Source: Antedon mediterranea
Lineage: Eukaryota > Animalia > Echinodermata
Length of the DNA: 64,000 nucleotides
Reading direction: 5' to 3'
NCBI RefSeq assembly: GCF_964355755.1
Contig: NC_092671.1
Span: 16,864,001-16,928,000 of the forward strand
In this document: one piece after another, positions 1-15,124 of the stretch
How positions within the stretch are numbered: position 1 is the first letter of the stretch
How the letters are laid out: each line of letters opens with the position of its first letter
Program-made: the position numbers and the translations under genes
The notes under the pieces: generated by a model
Database searches by the model: none
What the model was told of the DNA's origin: nothing
Seen by the model: only the letters and a program-made list of their open reading frames with translations

Positions 1-2619
1 GTACGGTACCTACTTTTTTACAAATTTATGTAGACATTTTCCTCACTTCAAATTTGTGGAGATTTGTGCTACAAACTAGCACACATAGTCGCGGCACACA
101 TATCTGTACTGTACAGTAATTACAGTATTATGATCAATAATATTGGTAAGATGTTGGCAAAGCTACTCCACAGTAGTTTTAATTACAATATTGTTTAGTT
201 ATGATAGGAGACCCAACAACCTTCTTGATTGTAGTTTTCACTCCATTTCAATTTTTTTTGGCTGGTACAGCAACTAACTGCACATTTTAATTTAGTGTTT
301 TGTTGGATTGTAAATGTCTTTCATGTTGGCTTCTGGCCTTGGAGGTTACATTTTATCTGTATCAAATTGGTTTTGTGATGCTTAGATAATATTTCAGCAA
401 GACCTACTTTATTGCAATCTCTAAACTTTTTGCTTTTTCAACAAAAGTTTGAACACCAAATGTATGATGAATGCGCATCAAATGTATATAAAAAACACAT
501 CAGGCAGAGAACGTGAATTCTAAACTGCCTGGTATTTACACTTTACATAATTTGTTTTTATCGTTAAACATGGTGAAAATGGCTGACATACCTAAGCATA
601 CAGTACAATCTTATCCAAATTAAAAAATGTAGACTAAAAATAATATGTTTATGGTAGATACTGTAGCCCGGAGATTGGTATTTAAAATGCACAGACAGTA
701 GAAAATGAATACCGCCGTGTAGTTAGATGATGCTCCAACTGTCGCCTGTAGTATTGTACACTTTAAATGTAGCCTACATACATATTCATGTTTCTGTGGG
801 GCTATAGTCATGTTGTTGGTTAGCAACATATTTTGTAGCCAACATACCGGGAGCAGTGGGAGATTTGTGGTTATGTCTAGCTACGCTGACTTTACAGTTG
901 TTTTTATTGGGTTGCTACTTATTTAAATTCATAATTTGATCATTTTTGGATAAGAAAATCAAGCCATGTCCTCATGAAATAAAAAACCCCTTAGGGTTTT
1001 AATGTTTGCAAATTAACTGGCGACGCCTAAAACTGAAAACCGTTCCTGAAAAACATACAGTTTATTACTGAAAAAACATATACGTACTTATTTCTAGTAA
1101 GTAACAGATACTTCATTATTTTATTTATGTTTTAACTACTAGATGTTTACAGTAGTATGATCCAGGGAATGATAATTCGGAGAATAGGATATACCTATAT
1201 TTATCTTGATTAACTAATCATTTTAAAGGCAATGTTATATATCGTTATAGATGTAAATATTTAATTATCAAATCTCAACTATATTGCCATGGTGGATTGA
1301 CGGGTGCTCATTTCAGAATAATTTCTGAATTAATCATTCGGGTTATTTTTACTTGTGTTACGAGATGTAGACTCGTATGACCAACAAGATTCATCGTATT
1401 ATTGGAGTTCATTGGCCTTGTTTTAAGATATATTTGTATCAAATTGCTTTCGCAACTGGTTTACACCCAAACTCAAATTCTTGAATGTTTTTACTAAAGT
1501 CTCTTTTACCTTTGGGTATTCTTTTTCCCCTAATTAGTAATGTTGAAACAATTTAGTTTAGTTAATTTAATTTCTTTTTTTCATTATACATTTAACAGTA
1601 CAGTGTAGGTCTACCACAGCGAGTTTCCCACTTTCAAAATGTGACACCATGTTAAAACACACAGTACAATTTATGATTAAAAGGAAGGGTTAAAAACAAA
1701 AATTACAGTTAGCATAAACCATTTGATTTAAAATGTTATGTTGACTTTAAAATGCTTAAGTCATTTTAGAAACATTTCCCATGGACATAAAATTTCAGCT
1801 AAAAATGATTGAATCATTAATATTTTAAAATAGGAGACAGCATAATACATTGATACATAATTATCTATAGTAAATAAACGAAGACCATTATACCTGCAAT
1901 TTTTAAGTTTTTAAAAAATAATGCATAACATTAAACCAGGTCATTTTTGTATTGTACGTTCAAAGGTTAATTATGATGAAAAGAGAAAAACAATGTCTCT
2001 CGTAGACATTTCTAGTTAATATGAAAATATCATCACGTGTCTGGTATTTATGGCGGGTCGCTTAAATTATTAAAATCAACTTATTTTTCATATTTGTAAC
2101 CATATAAAAATGAAAAAATTATCGCAAAGGTCCATATAGTATTTATTTCAACATAAAATGTAGTGTGTGACCTGAATTAGGCCGAAAAAAAACATACGTT
2201 TAGTGTCTTTAATGGTCACTCACAAATATGAAATAAAAATTATTAAATACAGGTAGTGTTCAGCCATTATGAGTGTTTAAGTTACAAAGTATCTGAATTT
2301 GCACACTATCATGGCTTGTATCCATCATATTTACCTATACAAGATCTTTTACAATCTTTTACAATAGTATACATGTCTGTATATTTGCATTTCATCCCAC
2401 TTTAGATTCAACTATTGTTGGAGACTAATGAACCAAATCTTGCAGTGCCAGTTGTTAGAATTTTTATGAAAACCTGAATAAAATGGCAGTGCTTTCAAAA
2501 TGAACTTGGGGCAAATGAACACAATAGAAAGTAGATTTGTGAAGACACTTATCTTTAATCTGAATATTCTTATGGAAGCTAAATTTCATACACAATAAAA
2601 TCCAATTCAAATACTGTAC

Positions 2620-2851
2620 AAAACACCATATGTACAGATGAAGAAATATAAAAGCTAGGAATAAAACTCTGTGTACTGTAATATATGTATAATTGAAGCT
2701 AAAAACAGAATTGATTACAAATTGACACACACAAAAAATCAAATACAAAACACCATATATTATATGAAAAAATACAAAATCTAGGAATAAAACTCGGTGT
2801 ACTGTAATATTTGTGTAATTGAAGCTAAATAGAGAATTGATTACAAATTGG
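2620..2851. repeat. Two-copy diverged tandem duplication (~130 bp unit)
   Basis: AAACACCATAT...CTAGGAATAAAACTC.GTGTACTGTAATAT.TGT...AATTGAAGCTAAA...AGAATTGATTACAAATTG occurs at ~2620-2724 and ~2748-2851. Confidence 0.8.
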
Positions 2852-2880
2852 TACAAGGAACTTTAAATGCTCGTTAGAAA

Positions 2881-3030
2881 GAGAGAGTGGTGGTCAAATG
2901 GTTAGGACATCTACATATCAAGCAGAATGTTCGAATTTTGATTGAGGCGGTTCATTCTCATCCTCATAGATTTCTCTTCCTATATTGTTTCTAATTGTTA
3001 TAAATTGGCAAACGTACAGTAACTAAATGG
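2881..3030 (+). mobile_element. Degenerate tRNA-derived SINE
   Basis: A-box-like TGGTCAAATGG and B-box-like GTTCGAAT; the body resembles the minus-strand copy at ~19900-20065. Confidence 0.45.
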
Positions 3031-5081
3031 GGGAAAAAAGAGCGTATACTACTGTATACATAATCAAAATATTAATGGTCATTCAGGCAACGATGAATAT
3101 CTGAAATTAACTGTATTGTGAAACTATGAAATGTAATTTTAAAAAACCAAATAAAACACTTTACACATAAAATCAAAGAAAATCAAAAGAGAGTAATACT
3201 GTAGCTGGTAACTTTGTATGCTTATTTCACATTAATAGCAGAACTATTCAATTGATTGCTAGATAAGGGTACATTTTCATGGATAGTAAAGTTCAAAAAT
3301 AGTTGAACATATTGAAAAATAGCTCTTTGTAAACATAAGCCACTCCTTAGGGTAGTTCTGCATTACATTTTCTAAGGTCAAGTACATACAGTAAATATAT
3401 ATTTCTACATCTTATGCAGCATACAGTATGTGATGTTATCATTTGTTAAAAAGAGTCTGGGATATTACCTAGAGAATCGTTGGTATAGCCAGCAGTGTTG
3501 AGTGTCTTTTAGAAACATAATGTGTTCAATAAACCAAAAATATCTTTTAAAACAATGCCACCTGAGCAGATTTGGAACATAAAACTGAAAAGTTATTACA
3601 CCTACCATGCACAAATTAGAAAACTAATTGCAAAAGATTAAATATAAAGTTAAATTCAATGCTAAACTAAATTTGAAAGTTTTATTACTGGATAAAAATA
3701 AATATACTGTGCTCTCTCTTCACTGAGAAACCTTCCCACTGTTATTCATTGATGTCATGACGTCAAAGCGTACGATGCAACCATTTGTGAATCATGCAAT
3801 TTAAAACAGGTATATGGCAAATGTGAAAACATTGGCTTGTGTTGATAATGTTTCAGGCAAACAGCACCTCATGCTCCCCTACTAAGATGTTGATGAGATG
3901 CGGAAGTTAAGAGGCGTGTCATCGATACTAAACATTCCTAATGATTTTGTCCGAACTAAATAACGAAAGGTTACTATACATGTAACCAACAAACATTTAG
4001 ATTAAGATTTTTTTTCATGTTTAAGTGTTTTTTTTTATATGGTGATTATTTCTTGTTAGGTTAGAAACTAATTAAATTTTGTAGTAACATGATATCAGTA
4101 TATTATGTTTAAATAGGACAGTATGAATACCATACATATATTCAATTATAAATGTACTTTTTTGGTAGCAGCATTTAGGAAAATATAGAGTATGTTCACA
4201 TGTACGACGTACAGTAAGCTGGCGTATGCCTTGCATAACCTACACCTTTGTGTGTGAAGTTGTCAGTGGTGTTTTAAGTCCACTCACTACTAAGCCACGT
4301 CCTTGGCGTTATGTATGATAGCTACATACCCCAACTTAACAACGCCACAGAGCTCACTCCAGCCATGCTTGAATAATTTTGACGTTATTTCAAGATAGTA
4401 ATACCAATGACCTTTTTTTTTTTATTGTAACTAGCCACTCCCTGGTATTCAATTTAAAAGCACATGAATAGTTTAGGGTGAAAAAACGGCTAAAAGCAGA
4501 GTGAATTTCAAGAAAGAATCAAACTCAACAATTGGAAAAAATTGAAAAAAGTACCAAAAAAACCCTTAAAAGAGACAGCCATCATGGCTATGTAAAATGA
4601 AAAAATAAAAAATGCAATCACGCAATTCATTAATATAATTAATGCTGTATGTGTAAACACCTTGGCATTTCAATCCATGGATTACCTTACCACACCAGTC
4701 TTACTGGTACATGTGAACGTACCCTAAGGAAAACATAGTACTAAAAAAGACTTGAGTATCATAATACAAACCACAAACCACATTTTGTTGTCATGGGTTT
4801 ACATTTGGTTTCAGATTAGATTTAATACCAAATGAACAAAAAATCTTCTGTAAAGTAAATATGTATAAAATATTTTAACTACATTTCTGTTTGTTGCAAT
4901 ACTGTTTGTAAGAAAAAGAAAGGATACACAACATTTACAATATTTTAAGCCGCAAAATTAAAAAGTTTGCACAACTCTGCATTAAGAAGCCAAAACGGTA
5001 ATTGAAATAGAACCCAAAAGCTATTTTAAATTTTGATGAAAACCTCGAATGTTGTATTTATGTGTTCATTATATTTTATAG

Positions 5082-8000
5082 ATAATGTGAAAGAAATTGA
5101 AGGTCTAGTTGAGGACAAAGATGTTGCTTCAAAAGCAGTGACATTTGTGGTGAACGGTACTCGCAAAGGAGTGGTTCGTTTATGTGCAGATGTTGCCGGT
5201 TTGATGCGGGCGAAAAAACGGTACATCATCAGTTGATTTATCTATATCGGTTTCATACAAGTGTAGATGACAACTAAATGCATCAACCAACATACAAATA
5301 ATTTATTCAGTTTTTGTCATTTTAGAAAATAAAAAACATTGACAGCAAAAAAAAAAGAGTTAGAATGATCATCTAAAAAAATATCTCAAATTTCCTTTTC
5401 AGATTGGAACAAACTGTTGAGAAACAGAGACGAGAACTTGAACATTTACGGAGTTTGCACAGCTTACGAGTTAGCACGAGAACTAGCCGATCAACAAGTC
5501 CTACCCTACCACCAGTCAACTCTGATGGAAAGCATCAAAAACAAAATACATCTGTAAGATTTCCACAACTACTGCATTATTGATTGTATAACCTATAAAT
5601 TATTATTTTTTTAAAAGTATTGTACCAAATAAAATATGATATTAACCATAATATTAATTAGTTTTATTTGGTGTAAGTTTTCTTATGGTTACACCAATAG
5701 TAAAAATATGTCCTACATCTGTACATGTTGCCTAAGATATTCTTACGGGAATATTCAAAAAGTATTTTAGTAAAAAACACTTTATCTTTTAATTTTAGAA
5801 TTTCCCTTAAGTGCAATAGGGTCGAAGCATTAAATTGTGAATTATGTGTGGTTTAACAGCTGTTCATGACATTATTGTCTCAGTCTCAGCTGATAAATGT
5901 TGCAATACCGGCAGACCGGCACATTTAATACCGCCTTTGAATATACAATACTAAAACTACTATGTGTTCCCATATCATACACAATCTAAACTTTTATTTT
6001 CAGAATTTAAAAGTACTATTCAAAATGATATAGACATACTCAACATTCTAGGGAATGTGGCCAAAATATATTTATATTAGACTACTATATTTCAATCTCC
6101 ATTTGTTGTCAGTAATTTGCCTTTGGATTATTGTACACTAAATGGCATGAACATTTTCCCCCTAATAACTAGCCCTATTATCCACCCCTATTATAACAAC
6201 AAAAATGAGATTGGGTAAAAATATGTTATATATTATTATTAAGAAGAAAAGAATAGGTATAATATTGAGTGATTTTGGGATTTACAGGGGAAATATTTTT
6301 AGGTAGAATATTTTTTAAACATCTGCTAACGTTCAATAATGTTTTTTATTAAAAGCATACCAAAAGATAAAAATTAATTGAATAATACATGATTTTTTAA
6401 TTCTTTTTTATGAAGATGATTACATTCATATTTGTTTATAATTTCACAAATCTATAAATATATTGTGTAGAAAAATGTATGAATATAGTCAAATTGAGGC
6501 TGGGTAATCTCTGGCAATTTGTTCTATAAACTTGCACAATATTAATGCAATGAATCAAGGAGACATACCTTCATATAAAATGGTTAAGATTGGTTGATCT
6601 TATGGGACACACCTCCAAACAACAACCAGACTTTCATGATAGTTTGTCAAATTCATTTGAGATTTGATAATCTATGTAACAGGCATTTGTAACATATGTT
6701 ATTGGGTAATATTCTATGACTCTAACTCTTTATAATAAATAGGTTTAATAAGATCGGTTAATCCCAGCAGAGGCACTCCTCCAACGTTTATCCCTACAAG
6801 GGATTGTGATTGGTAGGCCTAGACATTTTAATACTCATGGGCACCTTGCCAGTAAAGGTTTATACAGTGTAGGCAAACCCCTTACTAAACAAAACCTTAA
6901 ATATCAACCACCTATAATACCACCATATTTGACAAATTAAAAAATTTTTTCACTGGGGTTATTGCTTGAAATTGTAGTTGATGATTGAATGTACCCCTCA
7001 CCGCCACATTAATTTGGGTACATTTCACATGATGTTAATCTCATTAAAGATGCTACTTCCCTACCTCAGGTTGATACTTTACTTTCCTACCTCAGGTAAC
7101 ATACGGTATCAGCCAGTTTAGGTAAACATGATGGAATGTATGTTACCTTAGCAACTTAAATTTAACCCTTGACCTCAGTACTTTTTTAATACCATGACTA
7201 GAAATAGAATTGTTACCATGAAAACTAGTGGATGTACTCGCAAATGACTTAATATGTAAAGTGATTTCTATAACTGTATGTAATGGACTATGACCAGATC
7301 ACAATTTTTTTTTTATGAACGCAATTCATTTTATAACAAGTTTGAATCTGCCTTGATGCACGTGTATGATTGAACTTCAGACAAAATTTTCATTTTGTCC
7401 CAAACCCCAACACCAATGTGTCTATAACCGGATAGCAGGAGTATCATGAGATATAGGTACTACTATAGGAAGATAATTATTGTTAGCAGAGCTCAGCCCA
7501 AAGGTTGGGATCACCTTTAATGGCCTAAATGTAATGTAAATTTTATTTTTGAAAGGGCACATGGTACAGCCAAATCATTTGTAAAGATGTAGAGGTTGAA
7601 CCCCTCTTTACATGCCACTTCAAAGAAGGCCTTCAGTTTACTTGATTAATTATTAGACAATAGTACACTAGATGCAATGCCTTCACTACTAACTCATAGC
7701 TACAGCAAAAATATAAAAGCTAAACATCATTAGAAATACTGTATAAGGTTTACTTACCATAGAGGCTGAGCTTTGCACAAAACAATATGTGATGATCTTA
7801 TATATCCTGTAAGTTGTTGTTGTCTGTGTAGTGGTCATGTCTCTACTAAGTTGCACCACAAGACCAAAGAATGTTGAAACAAAAGAAATCTTCACCTGAG
7901 TAATTATGTAAATTAACTAAAACAATACAGCAAAGAAATAGCAAGCAAACCTGGTATACATTAGATATAGATTATCATACTGTGTTGTAATATCAGTGTC

Positions 8001-11000
8001 ATTATTTGAATTAAACAATTCTCTAATCTATACATGCCTGGAGGTTGCCATATTAATAATAAAATACAACAGATTTAATAGAAATACAAAGAATAAATAA
8101 TAATATAATCTGTATTTTTATGTATCTATAATTTGATTCCTTAGTTTCTGCATATGTTAGACCTACTTTTTTTATAGATGATAAATTTCGTTTTAAAATG
8201 TTTTATTTTACTTATTACAAAATACATATTTGAATTAAAAGTAAATAACATTATATATAAAATTTGTTTATAAAATTACCAACATTGAATCAAAACAAAC
8301 TTACATATGCATCAGAAAGATGTTTTTTTTCATACATGAAACGTTGAACATCCGGTGATTCGCTAGCGCTTCGGGAAATATATATTCCCTCGAACAAAAT
8401 ATCATTCCCTCGGGGATGTCAAATCTTATATTTAACCTCTAAGTAGTCAATATCTGTATAATATATATCAGAAAGTACATTATTGACCCTGTAGATTGAA
8501 CCATTTTAGCACTTTATTTTATATAATCATTTTTTTTTATTATAATCAATTTGGAAGTAAGTTTATATTTTACTTAATCATTATAATCTAAGCTGTCGGA
8601 ATAGCAGACAGTCATCGCTCACTCTATGTACATGGCCTAGTTTTAACAGATGTGCATTCCATTAAAAAAAAATTAATATTTTATTATCAAATAAAATATT
8701 AAACGTGCTCATCACATTTTGAAAATATGCAATTGTTATGCAGTTTTAGTCAAATGACTGAGTGGTTAAGGCGTGGCTTCGTAAAAACCAAATGATTTGC
8801 GATTTTTGGTGCTACTGTATATTTGGATGGAAGCCGTGTTAATTCTTTCTTTTACAGTAATCCCATATTAGTTATAAATTTTGAATTTTTTTTAGTGGAA
8901 AATTTCTTGAATCAGCTGACTATAATTCTTAAAATCACAGGGCTTCCCATTTTAAATTTCAATAATTTGAAGAAAAATTAATCCTCGGTGATTGTGCATT
9001 TGAATTCGTTGCTTCTAAACTTTGGAATTCTCTTAGAAATGCCAAGAGCCTAGGCTGTTTTAAAACTCTTTTAAAAACTCTTTTTACATTCTTTCATTTT
9101 ATAAATGCGATTCAATTTAATTGTCACTTTTTACTTTTATTGGTTACATTTTATTCTTGTATTTTGGTCATTATAACATTCAAATATTTTATTGTTAAAT
9201 TGTGCATCATTTAAAAAAATGTTAATGGAATTTGCAAATACAAATAAATAAATAATAATTATTATTATTAATAATTCAAAGTTATTTTTTTTCACATTCA
9301 GGTACAATCAGTGTGTTCTCAGTGTAGCCCTGCATCTTCTTACATTTCAACGCCAAATTCAGTGTCATTAGAGCAGAGCTTATCATCACTACAATCCAAG
9401 GAAAGCAGTCATTCAACAAATAAAACCAACGATCTATATGACCACCAACAAGTCATCAGGGCAGAAATACATACTATACCTGACAACATAGAAGAGACAG
9501 TAAGTCTGAGGTTGATGAACCCCAGATAGAATAGGAGCTGGGTAAAGGCAGTCTGGGGGAAAGACAGCCAGTTTGGGGGAAAGACAGCCAGTTTGGGGTT
9601 GATATAAAATGAATGGAGGGGAGGAGAGGGAAAAAACAGCCAGTAAAATTGAATTTTTAAAGCATAAAAGATTAGACTTTTGTAGGTTATTTATAATTTG
9701 TAAAAAAAATTATTTTTATTATTGTTATCTACCAGGAAACCCCGGTAGAATGTGACACCAGTTTCCATCAACAGGATGAGGATGAGGACAGTGACCCTGT
9801 AACTATTGTTGAGCCTTCTCATCCATATCACTCTGGACCATTAAGGGCGGGTAAGTGTAATAGTAAACACAGTAAAGACCACGCTTCTATAAATGCAACC
9901 GCCACTTGTAGTTACAAAAAACCTTCAATTTAACGCATTTCTTCTTCTATAGATTGTAAACTTCAAAGTAAATTAGAGGAAGATTTAGAAGTAGCAAACC
10001 AAGAAATTGAAATGCTGAAATTGCAGCTGAAGGATCGTGAAGTAAAAGAAAATGAATTGAAGGAACATGAAAAAGCAGAAGTAAGCTATTTATGAAGAAT
10101 GTATACAGATAATCTAATTCGATTCAAAAGACATTTATTTATGTCCATTAACCGCTATCTATCTATTGTACACTATCAAACTTTATGTGACAAACCATAT
10201 ATGGACACGATAATTTCATATCACTACCACTATCAATACCTTTTTGTCACATAAAGTTTTATATTTCTAAGACAAATTAGTTTTAAAAAAACAAATTGAT
10301 CTTTCAAAATAAGGGGCAGGCTAAAATAGTAGGCGAATCCCAAGAAGAGGAAAATCTTGTGCTGGGATTGCCTGTGACAAGTAAATATTATAAACAAAAA
10401 TAAAAGAAAAAAATATGAATAAATAAGCAAAAGACAAAGATAATACAAAAGTAAAATTGATGAGCAGATAAATGTAAAGCTGAAGCATAATAATTACAAA
10501 AATTTAAATGACTAAAAAAGTCACGGACAAGACCGGCTAGGGTGGTGTCAATGACGAGCTCGACTGTCTAGGGTGGCGTCAATGACGAGCTAGGGTGGTG
10601 TCAATGACGAGCTCGGCTGCATTGAGTATAGCAGTTTCTTCAAACTATAAACCATTTAAAAACTAATTTAAATTAAATTTATTGCTTTTTTATACTATTA
10701 AGGCATAATACGCTATAACTCTTGGAAAATTTAATCAAACTATGTTTACCATCTTTTGTAGATAAAAAGAGAACAATCTAATGACATGTCTCACAAAACA
10801 GCACATGAAACAGCATGCGAGATGGCTTGCGAGATAAACGTCATTGATGAGACAAGAAAATCTTTTGGTTCGGAATTGTCATTGGTTAGTCTCCCTCAAA
10901 TAAAAAAAGGCAGCCAATCAAATTTAGCGTTAGTAACACAGACAAGCAGGTATGTTTAATTGTGTAATAATAATAATTGTGTGTAATCATTATAGAACAG

Positions 11001-13034
11001 TTGTTTTCATAATATTGAAGCCAAAACGCCAGTACAGAATATTATAAAATAAAATATGCTTTGATGGGATTTTTTTTTAGTAATTTGCAACATTCTTGCA
11101 ATTGTCATTATGCAAAGTGTAAAGAAAATAAAGAAGGAAAAAGTGAAGATGACACAAACTCTAGCGCAAGTATTGCTGATACATTTGCACTAGAACATCG
11201 ATCCAAACGCTGCAACGGACATAGGTATTTAAAGTTTTCTTAATTAATAGACTGGAGTAATTATTGTGATCAAGTGTACCACATATAAATAATTTCAATG
11301 TAAACATTTGTCTTGTTGTAGTGTACCTGTAGAGTTAAACGACAGGGTGGTGATTCGAGGAGGTCGAATTGGTCATATACGGTATATTGGACCTTTAAAT
11401 CATGGCAATGGCAATACGAAAACCACAGTTTACCTTGGTCTACAACTAGAAGAGCCACGTAAGTAATATGTAAAAAAAAATACATATGCAACTACATTTG
11501 TAGTATCATGGACGGAATCAAAGGGGGCCAAATCGGCCCAGGTCACCTCTAAATTGTGAAAATTATCGATAATTAGCAACTGAATACTGTACAGCATTGC
11601 CTTTAATTTAAGTAATGTTTATATTACCGAATTAGTTGACAGTCCAAGTGTGTCTATAGGCTATCAGTAACGCCTATTTTCCTAATCGCACAGATCTCAA
11701 TATTACTGTATTTCCAGACAAACTAACTAGACTACATTTCACGTTAAGTACATTAAAATGATTCCATGTAGTTTGGAGTGATATAATACATTATTAATAC
11801 CTTACAGAAGAGAATACAAATACAGAGACAACATTGCAATAAAATATTTCTGTCATAGAAAACATTTTATTATTTTTAGATGGACACCACGATGGCATAC
11901 ACAGCGGCAAACGTTACTTCTGGTGTCACAGAAACCATGGCATATTTATACCAGTGCAAGATGTATTATCAGTAATCAAGGCAAAGGTAAACAAGCTTGC
12001 CTTGTAATCCCAGGTGTATGGGTTCAAATCCTTGATCTAACCTAATTTACAAATTTAAACATAAGATCATGTTAAAATAATTAAATAAAATACTTCATAT
12101 TTTGTTGTTGTATGGCGAAAGTGTTCATTGTTGCAGTTTCTAAAATGAATTTCATATTTCTCATATGCAATGTTATTATAAACATGTTTATTTTGATATT
12201 TCTAAAGGCATGCAGACCACAAACAGGACGTAGCATTAGTCATAGAAACATCGATAGTAACAGTAAAGGACAATCTGTTAAAAAGCGTGAAAGGTCTGGC
12301 AGCCGTAATCGCGTCGGCCCTGCACTACTACCAACACCCCCATCAACAGCAAAACCTAACAGGTACTGCATGTTTTCAAACATTTACTATTGATTAATTT
12401 GTGTATTGTAATAGCAGACCTCCCAACTCTCTCGATAATGGCAATAGTCTCCAAATATTTTGTGTCATCTCCCGCTAAAATATAATTTCTCCCGATATTT
12501 TGGATAAAGTTTAAAAAATATCCTAATAATGGCGATATTCTCCCGATATTTTGTGTAACTTCCTGCTAAAATATAATATTCTCAACATTTTCCGCCTTTG
12601 GTACACCATAAAATACCCATGTTTGCTATTATAGTTGCCAATAATGTATCTTTCTATTTTGTAATAGCACCCTAATTAGTTTCATAGCATATTATGGCAC
12701 CTTCTATAGTTTGGACATGCTTTCAAAAATCCTTCCGATATTTTTTTCAAGTTAGGAGTTCTTTAATAGTTTGGTTTGTATAAAATGCAGTTGAACCCCC
12801 TTTTTTGGGACACCCCTATTCAAACGGGCTACCCCATAGGGACTCTTTCCTGAGAAACAAAGAGTAATGTTTGATTTAACACTACGCCCAACCCCTAATA
12901 AGGGGACAACCCTATTGGGTCCAGATAATACGGTTCTACTGTATTTTTATTTTATTATTTCAACATTTGTGGTGCATGAAATAAAATTATTAAAATCAAA
13001 TGCGTTTTTCAGAGAATTTCTCGCCAATTCCTGA
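5082..13034 (+). CDS. Multi-exon coiled-coil protein with C-terminal CAP-Gly domain (5' end not identified)
   Basis: Phase-compatible GT-AG exons: 5082-5220, 5403-5553, 9302-9499, 9736-9850, 9953-10080, 10762-10949, 11081-11224, 11322-11458, 11880-11986, 12208-12362, last exon from 13013. Direct splicing gives a stop at 13034; another frame runs to ~13137, so the 3' end is uncertain. The spliced segment VELNDRVVIRGGRIGHIRYIG...VYLGLQLEEPHGHHDGIHSGKRYFWCHRNHGIFIP fits CAP-Gly. Confidence 0.8.
8990..9275 (+). mobile_element. Degenerate L2-like LINE 3' end
   Basis: Remnant coding for ASKLWNSL..RNAKSLGCFKTLLKT, followed by an AATAAA/(AAT)n/(ATT)n tail. Confidence 0.5.
12788..12943. mobile_element. 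Tc1/pogo-like MITE
   Basis: Ends CAGTTGAACC...GGTTCTACTG followed by TA. Related copies with GGACACCCCTATT-type internal motifs at ~42008-42080, ~43203-43304 and ~45200-45280. Confidence 0.55.
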
Positions 13035-13916
13035 TGCTACCGAAAGAAGTTTTAAGTTTAATACCTCAAAGTTGGTAGATGATTACTGCAACAACAAGAA
13101 AATACAAGCCTTGAAAAGTAATTTGTATTTTGGCTAAATGTGTTTTGTTTCACGGAGAATTAAATATATTAAAATAAAAAATTTAATAATAAAATTAATG
13201 TACTATTTTAAAGTGATTTGAATGTTAATATACAATTTTATAATTATGCAGAAAGTTTATTTTTACTGTACTTAAAAAAAATGTAGAATACTTTTTTAAG
13301 AAATGTTTTACCATTCTGTTGGTATCGGGATATTTTAAGAGATTGTATTATTATACTTGTTCTAAAAAGTAAATTTATCAAATTGTATCCTTATCTGAAA
13401 TATATATGTATAAATGTCCTAAAATGTATTAGATTTTATAGTTATACAGATGATCTTCCAACGTATGTTTTTTATTCAAAACCAAAATAAATTGTTATAT
13501 AATTACTTGAATTTACAAATTATAATAGTTAATATAAACTCAAATTTCAGATTAGAGCAGGTAATATTTTTCCATTTTAAATAGAAACTATTGTAGTAAT
13601 ATAAGTTATTAAATTTACAGTTACAGAATCTCCATATGGAATCTTTCGTTAGCAGCTGTTGGTAAAAAAATATATCATTCCATTTATTAACACTACTTAA
13701 AAAGACAAAGTACTATTATATATCTATATATCTCAATTATTTTCTACAAGTCATTCCCGTCTAATCTATCAAAAATGACGTTTTAACCATTGTTTCACTT
13801 ATAAATTACAGTATTAAAAAACACAAAATAAGCGCATGTACCCAAACCTAAATTTACTTTTAATGATTTGAAAGAGTTTTGAATTTTAAAAGTCAAAGAC
13901 CAACCTAAGTAATTTT

Positions 13917-15124
13917 AACTGTACTGTATGTGTATGAAAGGAGAGCTTGAAATGACCTAAGTTTAACTGTACTGTATGAATTGGCCAGTATGTACTTTTA
14001 ACATTAAAACAATAGTACGAAAGGAGAGCTTGAAATGACCTAAGTTTAACTGTACTGTATGAATTAGCCAGTATGTACTTTTTAACATTTAAACAGTACC
14101 AAAAGAGAGCTTGAAATGACCTAAGTTTAACTGTACTGTACTGTATGAATTGGCCAGTATGTACTTTTAACATTTAAACAATAGTACGAAAAGAGAGCTT
14201 GTAATGACCTAAGTTTAACTGTACTGTATGAATTGGCCAGTATGTACTTTTAACATTTAAACAATAGTACGAAAGGAGAGCTTGAAATGACCTAAGTTTA
14301 ACTGTACTGTATGAATTGGCCAGTATGTACTTTTTAACATTTAAACAATAGTATGAAAGGAGAGCTTGAAATGACCTAAGTTTAACTGTACTGTATGAAT
14401 TGGCCAGTATGTACTTTTAACATTTAAACAATAGTACGAAAGGAGAGCTTGAAATGACCTAAGTTTAACTGTACTGTATGAATTGGCCAGTATGTACTTT
14501 TTAACATTTAAACAATAGTATGAAAGGAGAGCTTGAAATGACCTAAGTTTAACTGTACTGTATGAATTGGCCAGTATGTACTTTTTAACATTTAAACAAT
14601 AGTACGAAAGGAGAGCTTGAAATGACCTAAGTTTAACTGTACTGTATGAATTGGCCAGTATGTACTTTTTAACATTTAAACAATAGTACCAAAGGAGAGC
14701 TTGAAATGACCTAAGTTTAACTGTACTGTATGAATTGGCCAGTATGTACTTTTTAACATTTAAACAATAGTACGAAAGGAGAGCTTGAAATGACCTAAGT
14801 TTAACTGTACTGTATGAATTGGCCAGTATGTACTTTTTAACATTTAAACAATAGTATGAAAGGAGAGCTTGAAATGACCTAAGTTTAACTGTACTGTATG
14901 AATTAGCCAGTATGTACTTTTAACATTTAAACAATAGTACGAAAGGAGAGCTTGAAATGACCTAAGTTTAACTGTACTGTATGAATTGGCCAGTATGTAC
15001 TTTTTAACATTTAAACAATAGTACGAAAGGAGAGCTTGAAATGACCTAAGTTTAACTGTACTGTATGAATTGGCCAGTATGTACTTTTAACATTTAAACA
15101 GTACCAAAGGAGAGCTTGAAATGA
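13917..15124. repeat. Tandem repeat, 83-84 bp unit, ~14 copies
   Basis: Unit GAAAGGAGAGCTTGAAATGACCTAAGTTTAACTGTACTGTATGAATTGGCCAGTATGTACTTTTTAACATTTAAACAATAGTAC, highly homogeneous. One-base length variants indicate it is non-coding. Confidence 0.97.

Noticed and set aside
1-5000. Upstream exons of the CAP-Gly gene or another gene
   Set aside because: No phase-compatible exon with convincing coding signal could be identified by eye.
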